Assembly: GCF_000497125.1 (NCBI RefSeq)
Contig: NC_090598.1
Location: forward strand, 248,001-312,000
DNA: 64,000 bases
Origin: Spironucleus salmonicida
Taxonomy: Eukaryota
Direction: 5' to 3'
The notes beneath the pieces are model-generated. The model did not search any database. It saw only the letters and a program-made list of their open reading frames with translations, and was not told the origin of the DNA. Within the stretch, counting starts at the first letter, position 1. Each line of letters begins with the position of its first letter. Shown here in pieces: positions 27,144-40,680 of the stretch. Position numbers and translations under genes: made by a program.

Positions 27144-27650
27144 ATGAGCTAAAAAAATATAATTTTATAATCTCACCTCAGATCTCCCACAAGATTATTG
27201 TAGATACGGAATTAAGCGACTAGATAAAGTATTTCACCACTTTATCATATGTCTCCCCCTATCCGATATGAAAAACCAAAAACTGTTAACTATCCCATTC
27301 GAACTACCTCGCCTGATAAACTTGATTTAATGTATGACTGTATGTCTAAAGTGTAAAAACAAGTCCCAGGAGCAACTGCACCTAAAAAATTAAGATATAT
27401 TCCAAAGCCTAAAAAGCCAGAAATAACATTTGAGCATAGACTTGCTTATATTAAAAGCCTTGGTAGTACAAAGAAAGTCCCTAAGACAGAAGAATTGGCA
27501 GCAAATTATTTCAAAATTATGGAAATTGAAAAAGTTGTTCTGGAGAAGCAGTAAGAAGTAACATAGATATTCAACGAGCTTATCAAGTAGTGGTAAGACC
27601 TAAATAACAAGGATTGGCCGTAAAAACAGGACCTACATTAATTTTAGTGA
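27144..27650 (+). CDS. Hypothetical protein, 168 aa
   Basis: MSQKNIILQSHLRSPTRLL...QDLHQFQ*; ends TAG TGA. Confidence 0.7.
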
Positions 27651-27659
27651 TTATTTATT

Positions 27660-28538
27660 TCACTTTATATTTGATTTCTGCTTAGCAGCCCATTTTTTCA
27701 TTATTACTGCTCTATCTCCGCGAATCCAGCTCATTTCATCAAATTTTTGCGATATATTGAATTGACAAAGCAAGTAATCTGCCTATTGCGTGCTAATGAC
27801 GTCTAGATTCTTATATCTCCACTGACAAAACCCATTAGAAACTGACGGCAATTTCAGTGGGTTCCTGTCGATCTGAAGCCACATTTTCGAAATACTGTCG
27901 AAAACCCAAGCATCATTGATTATTTACTAATTAATATTGATACCATCAGCCAGAAAGAGGATTCTAGGAGTCAAATTTATCAAAAGTGCACTAGTTCTAG
28001 GTGACGGACATCCAACAGAATTGATGTATATTCTTGTCAATTATTTGTTTTCCAATATAAATAAATCTGAAGTAAGCTAACTTTGGAGCATTCCACTAAA
28101 AATATAGCACTTACCAGTTTAGGAGAATGAAAATTCTGACCAAATATACTTATTTGTGTTGATTATTTCAAAGGTAGCAGTGATAGGATCAAATGTTAAA
28201 ATAAATGACATCGATTCTGATGTTGCAAAAATGTAATAGTGGTCGGATTTTACGACTTGCTGGATTTCGTACATCGATGTGACTTGAGTTTTTATAATTT
28301 GCTACTTCTCCATGTCAAAAACTGATATATTTCCCTTATTATTAGTTGAAAATGCATAGGCTCCAGCTACAAATTAAAATCCGTTAGGTGGGGTAACAGA
28401 TAGTTTTGCATCTTAAAGTGGGGCTGGGAAACGAAAATCAGGGATCCTAAAGTGTATTCTTTATTGATCATGATGATTCAAATAAGCAATCGCCTCTTAT
28501 GTTGGGAACATTGTTGATCCTGGAGTTAATGGATACAT
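27660..28538 (-). CDS. Kelch/beta-propeller-like protein, 292 aa
   Basis: CYIFSGMLQSQLTSDLFIL...PSPRTSA...LFLADG...INDAWVFDSISKMWLQI is kelch-like. Ends AAG TGA. Confidence 0.65.
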
Positions 28539-28615
28539 TTGTCGTGAAATTTTATATTACTTTCAAATTTATATAATAATACTTATAAAAGTTTATAAAA
28601 ACTAAATAAAATAAT

Positions 28616-28996
28616 TCACGAGTCTTTTTCGTTTTTCCATAGATTATAGTTTGCTACAAACATATTATCAGTATTATTATCATTAAATTATCTTTAATAG
28701 TTTTCCTTGACTTTATTTTGCTTTAATTTATTCAATCTTCGTATTTTATCAAGCCTCGCCTTTTATAGTGATAACGCTTCGTTCTTTTCTAATAAGGCCA
28801 ATTGGTCTGTTAGATAGGGATCTGTTTTCATTTTTTATCTCCAGACATTTTTTCTCCTTAATTCTGCTTACCATAAAATTTATTCTTACTCCTTCCGTTA
28901 TTAGACATAAGTATTCAATGGCGACTTTACTGGCGCCGTTGAAGGACGCTTTTTAGTAGGGGTTTTGATTGAAATTATAGATTCTAAAGTCTTCAT
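28616..28996 (-). CDS. Hypothetical basic protein, 126 aa
   Basis: MKTLESIISIKTPTKKRPSTAPVKSP...WKNEKDS*. Confidence 0.55.
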
Positions 28997-29053
28997 TTAA
29001 ATTTTACTTAAGTTTTTTATACATATTATTTATTATATTGTTACATAATGAAT

Positions 29054-29998
29054 TCACTTAATGTCTTCTTTCTCTATTGTCACATATAATTATAATATTT
29101 ATTGTAGTTTTAATATACTGGCTTCTGAATCGTTATGTTTTTTGTGTAAAAGAGAGTCTGTAAACTCTTTGAAAAATTCTATAATATCTAGTCTATATCT
29201 CGATAATCTAGAAGAAGAATTTTATTAATACATACTTAATGCATGCTATATATTTTCAATCTAATAATTTAATTTTTATAACTACTTCTGTGATAAGCCT
29301 GTTTATAAATCACAACTATTATTATGCATAATAAGCTATTAATTAAAAATATTAAGTTAGTTTACGTATTAAATACATTTTTGCGACTGAAAGTCATTAT
29401 TTATTTCATGCAATAAGCTAGATGAAAAATTAGTTAATAAATTTAGAATATCATGTTAGATATCTGTGTCAAGTTACTATTGTAAATCTCCTATATTTGT
29501 AATAATATCTGATGAATGTTGTGCATCTATAGTAAGAAGATTTTTTTACATTAAAACAATATCATTTTGCGAAACAAATTACTCAACTGGAGATTTTGGA
29601 GTAATTCTTATCTTTGGTTTTTATACTCTTAATAAACATTAACTTTAAACAATATCTTACGTCTAAATTAAATTCGTAGAATCATCAGAAGTTGATATTC
29701 TTTTAGTTTTTATAAATACTTTTGGTTTTTAACTTTGCTATGATTTCATCATACCTGATTCATTATTAGTAGTCTCTTAGCTAGATTTTTAAAACTCTAA
29801 ACCTATTATCGAAACAGTTTATGTAGAAGCCATATTTTAGAATTCCTAAAAAGTGACTATTTTTGGGTCACTTAGCTTTATTTTAGGTGGAGATGGAGAA
29901 AATTATCTCTCATTTTTAATTTAATATTGTTATAGGTTAGTTAAAATTTGAGCTGTTTTTAGCTTACTTTAGTCTGTCCAAGCATCGAACCTTAACAT
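29054..29998 (-). CDS. Hypothetical protein, 314 aa
   Basis: MLRFDAWTDQSKLK...IEKEDIK*; TGA-free frame ending AAG TGA. Confidence 0.65.
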
Positions 29999-30047
29999 TT
30001 TTGGTATTTTATAATAATATAGAATAGATAAATTTTTTGACTTGAAA

Positions 30048-31736
30048 ATGTTGTTAAATCTTTCTAATAATGCAGTTACAGTATAACCTATGTAGATCAG
30101 TTTTCATAATCCGTCAACACTTTATTATAGTTATAATAGTACTTTAGTGCAAGTTAGGGACTCTATATAGCCAAAACTTTTAAAACTTGATGGTAAAGTA
30201 AGTTTGACATAGAATTTTGCATATGCTTAGGATTTAAATACTATATACTAGTTACCAAATCTTGTGAATGCAGGAATTGTGACATCATTTGAACCATTAC
30301 TTAATCTTTTTGAGTTTAACAAATCATTAATTCTCCATTTTAAGGATAGAGTCATCTGTTTTAGTGATTCTTAAACTTAAACCTAAGTTGAAATCCAAGC
30401 AACCACATCAACTTCTTTCAACAATACCATTATATTTGGTTCTGGTGTAACACTGTTCACTTACTCTCCGTCTTTAAAACTTGTTCAGTCTATCGAATTA
30501 GAACTTCAAATGACCGAATAAATACAGTAAATCCAGGTAATTGATAAGTACATTCTTGTCCTTTCTACCATAGGGCGTGTTTTACTTGCTGATAATATTA
30601 GAAGCAGCCCAATTGAAATTTTCAAAGGCGATGTAACAAAAATCGTCGCAGGACCAGTTATTTAGGGTCTAATAATTGCAATCATCGAATCCAATAAACT
30701 TAATATAGTGAAAGTCTCTAACTCCGGAAATGGTGTTTAAACGCTCTACCAGAACACTTTTGAAGAAAATATTCGCGATTTTTTGTTCATTCCAGAATTT
30801 TAAATGCAGCGTTTTTTAAACGATATAAATGCGATAGCTATCGTTTTGACCTCAAAACTTTAGGCCATAATACTTGAAAATACAGACCTTTTCCTCTCAA
30901 AAACTCTTTTTAGAAACATTGAATCAGAATATGTCCAGCTCTAAAAGCTAAAAAATGGAATTTTGAAGGCCAAATCCCCAACTGAGGAGTGCATTGCTCC
31001 TGTTTCGCTCAATATTGAACTCATAAGATCATCTACAGAAATCTCTTTACAGATAACATCACCTTAATTTTGCGTTTATTTTGACGTTATTTTCCCATCT
31101 GGCCTCTTCGTAAGCTAAGGTGAATTTAACAATATTTAGCCGAATTCAATTCGTATTTTCGCTAAAGAAAAAGCAAATTTGACGTTTAAAATGATGCCTG
31201 GGTTTTAGTATTGGAAAGAGTCGAAATTCTAAATCTATGCTATTTCGGAAAGTTACTAAACTGGTTATAAATAAATTATTTTAGATAGTTTTAGTAGTTT
31301 TAAATAAATATAAAAATTACCGAAAATTGATGCTTTTTTAACTGCTGAAATAGATGAAAAGCTTGCAAATTTAAGCATTTCGACACCTGCTGATTTTTTG
31401 AATGTTAAAGTTGACGGCGAAAAAACAATAATTAAAGGAAGTAGTTATATCACTGTAAATGGTTATATGAATGAAAAGAGCCAACTAAAAAATTTGCAAA
31501 TTAAGTTTGATCAGAAAGGAATGGTTACCAGAATTAATGCATTTGTAAAAGTTTTTTCAGGAGTAGAAAATCCATTTGAATATGAAAAGATGTTTTAGGA
31601 TCTCGTATAGAGTTAAAAAGTATAGAACAAAAAATATGATGATAATTTGATCAGAAAAGGACTCAATTTGATTAAAAGTGGGTTATCAGGAAGCAATGAA
31701 ATGGGAATTGCGATGATTAAAAAAGCGTTAGAGTGA
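30048..31736 (+). CDS. Beta-propeller + short coiled coil + beta-sandwich protein, possibly divergent BBSome subunit (BBS2/BBS7-like), 562 aa
   Basis: The ORF is solid and includes track ORF 31398; ends GAG TGA. The family call rests on architecture and weak motifs (VIFPSGLFVSQGE, ILDSFSSF). Confidence 0.45.
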
Positions 31737-33294
31737 AATTTTGTCGTTTTTTAGTATTATAAACCTTTATGAGGCATCAATATATTGATTAAGATTAATA
31801 GATTAGATTATTCAATGTATGAATAAATCAATAGTATAACTTAAATTTATCCATCGAATAAGTATCTCCGGAATAATATTTATTTACATGTACATAATAC
31901 ATCAATATATGTGTATCATTAGTAATAGTTAATTATAAATATATTTTGTCTGAAGTGTTAAATAAAGATTATATCAACTAAAATTAAGTAATAAGTATTA
32001 GAGCCTGTATTTAATTTATAATTAAAAGTGCATTTAATTTTAATACATTGATGGCTTCCTGGTACTATCATACATATATCCAAAAATCAAGCTTAAATAT
32101 TTCAATTAAAAATATAAAGAGCTTTGTTTCCAATTAAATGATATAAAAATATTGTACAATGTATTAGATTTTATAAAATTAATATAAATGATAAATTGAT
32201 CGAATATGAATTCAAAAATATTATAATTATCATAGTATATAGATTATGATTAATGTTTAAAAATAAAATCTATATCATAATACTAACATTTTATTTATAT
32301 TCTAAGTAATTATAGATTACCTAAAGGTAAATTAATTTCAAATATTTTCAGATATTTCATTTTTATATTTATATTATTGAAAATTTAACTTACATTATTT
32401 ATATTATAAATAAAATGTAATATGAATATTTTAATATCTATCTAATATAATATTAGGTAGAATATGAAATTTGAATTCAAGTAAAAAATTAGTAAGATTT
32501 AAAATTACTATATAAATCAATATAAAAGTATAATATACCAAGTTACAATCAAATTAATAGGAAATGATCATATTCAGATATAAAGTGATAACTAGAATTA
32601 AAAATAGTAGATACTCCGTTTTTATTTTAAAATAAATACAAACAAAACTTAAATTGACTAAAACATTCAGTAAATATACATTCAAATATTAATATTATTG
32701 TCATCCAATGGTTATGAAAGTAGTGTGCTTTTAAAGAAATAATTAGTAAATAAAAATATTAATTAATTCAATGCAAACTAATTTTTGTTAAAAATAAAAT
32801 AATATGTCTATAATGAAAGTCATACTATTGTTTTGAAATGACAAAAAGTAGATAGTGGAACATGGATATAATCTTCTTACACATCCATGATACTTTATAT
32901 TTCTAGGCAACATTATATTTTTCAACTAAATTTGTGAAGAATTCATAAATTTATGCATTTTCATATTATTTCATATTAGATTATAAACCAACTTAGCTAG
33001 TTATTAATAAAAGTTTTAAGTATTTAAAAACACAGGAATATCAATACATACAAAGTAATAATAATGGAATACTATAGTAATAATCATAAAATATTGGTTA
33101 ATCTCCATAGTACTCGTTTTTATTGTAACCTTTAACTTTAGCACAAAACCGATTAAATAGATAGTAAAACTATTGAAAAAATTAAGTTCCGGATATAAAA
33201 TAAACTATTCTTCAAAAACAATATTGGTTGTACATTTGTACTAAATCATAATTATTACGTAAAATATGTTTTTAGCCAATTATATTATTTTCAC

Positions 33295-34251
33295 TCAAAT
33301 TATACCATTCGTTCTTCCGCTGTTCTTATTACTTCCAATAATTACACTACGAGCACTACGTAATTTTCTGCTTTCGCCACTTTTCATACTAGCTAGTTCC
33401 TCAACTATTTCCCTACGTGTCATACTTGGAAAAATGAGTAAATCGCTATCTTCCTCTACTTAAATCTCATTTACCTCTAACTCTTTAAAGTTGTTATTTG
33501 GATCGTTTTCTGTTGTTCTGTAACAATCTCTCAAGTTGAAAAAAATACAGGAAAGAAAAATTGATATGAAAATTACTTTAAAAAATTGATGTGATATCGT
33601 TGCAACATGGACATCATTATAAGCAAAATTATCAAACGTAGAAGCGAAGTATTAACGCGTAAATCGTATTATTCCTGTACTTAAGTCGGAGTCCATATAT
33701 GATGTTAAATTTTCAAAATAGGAAGGAAACCGTACTACTATTGGTGCAAAAATTGCAATAGAAACATTCTCCTAGGGATCAACTACTGACCAGCGCCTAC
33801 ATCGGTCAGATGATGATACAAACCAAGTACAGAGGAGAAGTGAGTCGATCATACAAGTTTGATTGTTAAAATTAACTATCAGTCCATGAATTTAAAGAAT
33901 ATTTTATTATTATCCTGCAGTGCATTTAGTTTCTAATAGATATTCGGTTAAGAGGTTATGTAGATTTGCAATTTTCATATTGTAGATTTTAAATGAGGAA
34001 TTATCAAGTATAAGAGACTGGAGATATTTTGCATTTACTTACCCTGCTGGAATCATACCGCTGATCGCTTCTGAGGCTGATAGAACGACTAGAACATTCG
34101 TTTGTAAGCGTACACCTTCTAAAAATGGATGATGGAACTCCGAATGAGGTTCTGGTATATATTTAACTGATTACTATAAAAGGATATATGGATCTTGAAT
34201 GTAGTTGAATTAGTAGTCTATGGCTGATTCTGTTGCAAATAACATAAACAT
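33295..34251 (-). CDS. Hypothetical type-I membrane protein, 318 aa
   Basis: Short hydrophobic start MFMLFA, a single TM FFKVIFISIFLSCIFF and a charged tail. Stop is followed by GTGA (TGAGTGA). Confidence 0.7.
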
Positions 34252-34309
34252 TTCTTGTTAAACTATGAAATTATAAGTATATAATAATTATATATAGACA
34301 AAATTAAAG

Positions 34310-35575
34310 ATGAGAAGTATCTTTCTGACTAAAAAAAGATAGGATATAGTATTTATGCTTGATGACGACTCTGATTTAGAAAGATAGTAATTATTAGAAT
34401 AAAACAAAGGATATAGTTAGATTAAATTGATTTAAGAGTTATAAAAAAATTTAGTGAATTGGAATTCTGTAGCAGATGTATACCGGCGAGCTTTTTCTAA
34501 TCTAGATAGTTTGGTGGCATAATAGACATTCTTAACTATAGTTTAAAAAAAGAATAAAATTTAGATGGAGGTATATATTCATTGCTTGTTACGTTTTTCA
34601 ACAAATGATAATATTTTAGATTTTATAGATTACTATTTGTAGATTCTAGAGGAAGCAATATCCACTAGAGATGATTAAATTCTTGTACGGATATTAAAAA
34701 TATTATTTAATCTATTCATCGATATAAGTTTTATAGATATAAATAGTAGAAATAAGTTAATTGAAATTCACAATACATATTTCGATAAGAATATTAATTC
34801 GTAAAATATAAAAGTTATAAAATTATTAGCAGAAATATAAATTATTTTGGTAAAATCATCAATTATTTGTACCTAGTAAATATTGTTATTATTTAACTAA
34901 ATTCATCCAGAGAGTAATATCTTAGCATATAAGATATTTCTTTTAAACGAACTTATAATTTTAAAGTTTATAGATAAAAATTCAAATTATAGTTAAATAT
35001 TACACGATACACTATAATTTGGTTTTTAGAGACTTCTATTGTAATAAATTGATTTAAAACTAATAGAAGCCTTAACACTTACAATGATAAGTTCAGTCTA
35101 GTTTTTAAATTGCTCATTTTATGATAAAATATAATGCTTATTTTAATTATCTATTAAAAATTTAGCAGTTAATAAATTGTTTTTTGAATTTTTATTAGTT
35201 CAAGTTAAAGATGAACCTATAACAAAAATAATGAAAAATATTGACATCTAGATAGTAAATTATTTAGTAAGTTAGTTTAATACTCCTATATCAGAATTAT
35301 GTTTAGATGTGTTCTTAGAGCTACAAGATTCATTCGAACCACAGTTTTTATGGTTTTAAGCTGTTGTTTATGCAGATATTAAAACAGAAAATGGAGCTGA
35401 TGCAATATCTATAATTTTAGCAAGTTTCTTAGAAGCTGATGAAATTTTTTGGGGTGTATTAATCGAATCATTTGATATGATTTGTGAAAAACTAAGCAGA
35501 TTCGATAGAAGCAAACTTGTAATGGAGTTTTTAGAAGATTGCTAGGTTGGAATTTGTTAAAGAGATGAATTTTGA
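34310..35575 (+). CDS. Alpha-helical repeat (ARM/HEAT-like) protein, 421 aa
   Basis: Leu/Ile-rich helical ORF with basic N-terminus MRSIFLTKKR. The fold is inferred. Confidence 0.55.
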
Positions 35576-35615
35576 TATTATGTATATATTATTCATATTT
35601 ATCTATTATCAATTA

Positions 35616-37241
35616 ATGCAGTCTCCTTTACTAAAAAAATAATGTTTAAGATAGGCTAGGCCAGTTTTATTCATTAATAACTCACAACACAATAAGACCA
35701 AATATAAATTGTATAATGAAGTTAATTAAGAAAAAAATATAGACTTATCTATCAAGCGGTAATAAATAAATAACGAAGCAGTAATTGAGATGGATTAAAT
35801 GCCATCAAGAATCTATCTACATGAACTTCAATATGTTTGGACGTAATTAGACATGTCCTAATAAGAAAGATCATATGCAACCTATTAACTTGCTGTAGAC
35901 TCCTAGCAAATTTCAACATATTTAAAATTAGCTAATTAGGTAATACAGACTAGATTGACTGGTAAATAGTCACTTGAAAAAATTCGATAATTAGATTTCT
36001 CGTCTAATATTCATGATGCATTTTCAGAATTATAAACTCTAATATTAATTTTATTAGAATCACTTAACACATTTAGGTCAATTATTGAATAGCCTTTGAA
36101 TTTTGATTTCGAAATTTAGAATATTTTCACTAGTTTGATTTAATAAATGCCTACCACTGAATAGCTACTATAGTTTATGACTTCATTCGGTTATACATAA
36201 GATGCAGCAGAGAAGTAACTTTAAAACTACTTTTTATAGACATAACCGACATACAAAATAGAATAATCTATTTTTATACTATTTTTATGTCCAGAAAATT
36301 TCAAAGCAACTAATTTTCCCAGTAATTTTTCGAAGTGGGCACACCGTATGGCATCTACAAATTAACATGATTTCGCTGGGTAAAAAGCATTTATTATGTA
36401 CTAAAACGAGAGGCAACATATATAATAATTTAAATAAATTAATGACAAAATTCAATCAGAAAATTTTAGATTTGCCACAGTTCCAACAAAGAAGTCATCA
36501 ACTGTTTATGATCTTTACAATGTTCAACAGAAGTATGTTAGCGATATCATAGCTGAAAAAATTAATGAAAATGTGTAGAATTCGGCTAAGTAATCGCGTG
36601 CTATTTCGAGGATGAACTCTAGCTTTAAAATTACCTAAAAAGAAGTTAATTTCTCACAATAAATAATGAAAAGAAATGCTAATTAAGCTATTTTAAATTA
36701 TAAAAGGATATCATCAAGTTGTGTTGTATTAGAAGAGTTTTCTTAGTTTTATATTGCGTTACGGATTGATAATGTAGAATAAAGGTATATAAATTAAATT
36801 TGTTCAAAAAGCGAAAATTTACGTATAATGTTCATAAAAAATGCAAGATAGCTTATTAAAATCTAGGATGAGTATAAAATAAATTTTGTACAATTAAAAA
36901 ATTATATATAGAATAGCATAATTGACAATTAATTAATTGATTTAATTAATAGATAAATCTAGCTAGTATATTAAGCTAGAATCATATGCAATAGACCCAT
37001 TTCACTACCAGAATTGATTATTGGAACAGATTTCATTTTTCTATACTTTAATAAGCAAAAACATTTATTCAGTAGTGAACATATTAATATGTTAAATCAA
37101 AAATATTTAAGTTAACTTTAGCATGAAAACGAAGTCATTTACAAATTTATTGCTGATTAAGAGTTTTTTATTGAAAAGGAATACAGAATTTTTACTTTAA
37201 AATTCGAGCTGAATGAATACGATATCTATAGGCTAGAATGA
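35616..37241 (+). CDS. Unknown helical-domain protein (family member C, domain internally duplicated), 541 aa
   Basis: EKNIDLSIKR (cf. QKNVDLTIRK in B), VWTQLDMSQQERSYA (cf. LWDALQCPQQERDYA), and a second copy ending ARIICNRPISLPEL (cf. ARRFSARPIDLPTL). Confidence 0.7.
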
Positions 37242-37245
37242 TATA

Positions 37246-38091
37246 TCAATAGGAGTGACCGTATTCAGTTAAACCGATGTTATTCATTTCTAATTTAATA
37301 AATTTTAAGCTATTGGGAATAAAATAATTTTCGGCAATTTTATTAATAACAAAAAGTATTATATCTACATCAACATCAAGGTAATTATTAAAATAAATTC
37401 TAGCAAAAAATTATTAATAATCATCAGTATTTTTTAAATTATAATGATTTATTTCATTTTAAATTTACTAATAGAACTCTTACTACCAAAGGGCTTTATT
37501 TTAGGCATCCTTAATATAGCAAGAGCGCATGGTTAGTTAAATCTCTTTACTTTAATACATCTAAGTATTCTTTTAATGTTTTGAATTTTTTTCTAAATGC
37601 TATATCCTAAATTTCTGATAGTCTTAATAAATAAATATTTCACGTTTATTCCTTTAAGATAAGTTAATGTTTGATTACATAGACTGCCTGTATGGAGACT
37701 ATACTTATCTAACGTTATTATGTAAATAATTAAGCTAAATATTATGAAGCCTGCTTTCTTCATCACGTTATTTATAACGAACATTAACATAGGTGCAGAT
37801 AGGTTTTTCATGATAGGATTTAATAGACGGTTTTGAATTATTGATACTTTGCTTCAAATAATGCATTTAAATTTAGTGTTTTCTTGAGATTTCAGCTCTT
37901 TCATTAGTAGTTAAGTTCTAAGTTAAAGGATCATATTGTTTATAATTCTTAATTATCGGATTTCGGATTGAGTAAGGTATTGTTGAATCAACAACAGATT
38001 TAGGGTTATTAACTTTCTGTAAATGATGATAATACCTATAATTTAGGCAATCTTGTTCTTAATAGTTTAATTCCACTTGTTCGATTTTCAT
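37246..38091 (-). CDS. Hypothetical protein, 281 aa
   Basis: MKIEQVELNYQEQDCL...EYGHSY*; TGA-free frame. Confidence 0.65.
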
Positions 38092-38129
38092 TATATATAA
38101 ATATTAAAAAGATTATATTAATTATAATA

Positions 38130-39860
38130 TCACATATCGATGTTTGTTTACCTAACTTCAGTTGGAACTTCATTCTCTCTAGGACTGGAATTGTTCTTTG
38201 AAGATCTTGACATATCATTTAATATTTTACTAGCAGAAGCATTCTAGCTGACTGAATTATCAACAGTTGAATGAACTATTAACTAACTAGTCTATACTTA
38301 ATAAGGCGCCTGAGCAATATCAAACAGTGGTTGATCATCTTCATGTCCATGATCACTTCCCTATTCATTATTAAATGCTTCATTCTTAGATTTATACAGA
38401 ACAACTATTTTTTCTAAAACTTCATACACTAATATATAAGATGTTAAATTTTTGATTAACTAATTCCACATGAGAATAACCTCGAAGTCGCCAAAAACAG
38501 TTTTCGTGGCTTAAATTGCAAGCAAGGCAGCATCTTAAAGAGCTAAATATCCCTAGAAAAACCATAAAGATGTGGAACCTGCAAATGATTGTTAGGACAA
38601 CAAAATAGAGAATCCAGTAGAGAAGAGATATGGTACTGACGCATTTTTAATGAACGCTAAAGAATGGATGTATTGTTCATAATATTAATAATCATAAAAA
38701 GTTCTTGAATTTCGGAGCATCAAATTTATAAAAATTGGGGTGAAAAGATAAACCACACATGCTAAAATAAAGCTTATTACTGATTATACAATTATAACTT
38801 CTTTATAAATATGTTTGATTCTATCATATTAGAGGGTTTTATGACAATTTTCTGCAAAGAAGCCTAAATGATCAGTTATTGCGTCTTAAAAACTTCCAGT
38901 CATTTGCCTAATTAGTTCAAATATCATAATACACATTTGAGCATAAAATTTTCTTAGTGGAAGTTTACCATCATAATCAATATTTATGCAAATGATGCTT
39001 ATAGCAGACATAATTCTTGGCTATATGGTAAAATAAAAATTGCTAGACGCTCTATATAAAATATCAACTAAAATTTAAGGCCTAAAAGGTAAGAAAAGCT
39101 TAAAATTAAGTTTAAACGTTTTATTCTTAGTAGGAAGGATATATGTAAAATAATAAGCTGACGGTATGAATGTACTTATACATTTAGCTGCCAGGAACAT
39201 ATATTAATTAAGTTATAATCCTTCATTAGGATAAAGAATTAGAGTACCAAAAAGTAATATCGTTATTGAAAGAATAGCTTCCGAAATAACAAGAATACTG
39301 ATCTCGTTAATCCTATGAATTGAGAGTAATATTTGTTGCATGAATTATGATAATACACCAGTAAAATTAATCAATATCGTATACAGAGTATAAAAAGATG
39401 ATACTTTTTCAGTGAAAACAAAAAATATTGATAGTATTTATTATTTAAATACAAGTAGAACGACGGTAAGTAAAAAGTTTAACATTATGAGTAAAAAGAA
39501 TATCATGATCAAATAAACACACGCCACTCTATGAGTACCTGCACCTACATGTTTAGAGACAACTTTACTAATTGATGTTGTAAGAATTTTGGTGATTGAG
39601 TAGAAGAAAGCTTCTATAAGAAAAGACACTATTAATGGGTATAAAGCATCTGAACCTTAAATATGAAATAATAAAGAAAATTCAATTATTTATTTTATGA
39701 CTGGAGTCAAGTAACTAAACCAAAGAATAAAAATCTCTTTTCTTTATTGCGGAATATCCGATTAAAGGTATGTTTCGGCCACTAACTTTCTAACTGAGTT
39801 AGTGTTAGCTGAAGAACAGGAAGATTAATTGTCAAAATTATCCAGGTTTACATTGTACAT
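38130..39860 (-). CDS. Multi-pass membrane transporter, MATE (MatE)-like, 576 aa
   Basis: Many TM segments; SISKVVSKHVGAGTHRVA matches the MATE 'S+xxGAxxxxxA' loop. Polar N- and C-terminal tails. Confidence 0.7.
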
Positions 39861-40347
39861 TTTATACTATTGGTTTTTTCTATAGATTTGTATTATATTA
39901 TATTTACTATAAAATTTAAGGAAAACAGTTTTTATAGTTATAGTAAAATTATTATAAATTATTTAATAAAATAATGATCTTATTTTAATTAAATTTTCAT
40001 CTCTCAAATTTTGCTTTAAATCATAGCATTAGACGTAGAAATTCGTATATATAAAATTTTGAGAATATTAGTATGCACAATAAATAATATTAGATAATAT
40101 TTCTTATTAAATGAATATGAGGTTTAAAATGTTTATGTTATAATTTATATGATAATACGTAACCAGATTGATGTTGTTAAATCTACCGACTACTATATAT
40201 GTACTTGTATAAACATAATAACAAAAGAACATATCTTAATTATATTACAGTATTCACGTCGAAACTTAGTTCTAACCCAATAAAATAACATCGAGATAAA
40301 TATTTTATATAAATATATTATTATACACAACTATATCTGTTACAAAA

Positions 40348-40671
40348 ATGTCACTTTCGCAAACGTATCTAAACCATATTTTCGCAGTCCCGTAAAAATA
40401 GTTTTACGAGAATCGCTTTCTTGAGATACCATCTGATCTAACAAAAAATGAATCCATTGAAGAGTTATAACAAACTCGATAGTTCCGGAGCTTGATATAT
40501 TTGCGCAAGAAAAAACATACTTTCAATGTAGAAAAGGCTGAAAGATTTATTAAAAAATGGTAGTATAAGCATGATGTTTCTGTCACTAGGGCATTAAGTT
40601 ACCAGACACAACGCATTATATTGAAAAGAGACCTACCAATGGTAACGGGATAATCTTGGGACTTTAAGTGA
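40348..40671 (+). CDS. Hypothetical protein, 107 aa
   Basis: MSLSQTYLNHIFAVP...QSWDFK*; ends AAG TGA. Confidence 0.65.
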
Positions 40672-40680
40672 AAAAGTCAA

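Noticed and set aside
29061-30047. Plus-strand frame with two in-frame TGAs (possible selenocysteine/readthrough extension of the 30048 gene)
   Set aside because: It is the antisense shadow of the intact minus gene 29054-29998, with no redox motif or SECIS seen.
32997-33051. Second intron-like string on the minus strand (GTATGT...AACTTTTATTAATAACTAG)
   Set aside because: The branch site is ATTAAT rather than ACTAAC, and excision does not create a longer ORF in any frame.
37953-37979. LSDFGLSKV kinase-like motif on the + strand
   Set aside because: No other kinase subdomains are present, and it is antisense to CDS 37246-38091.
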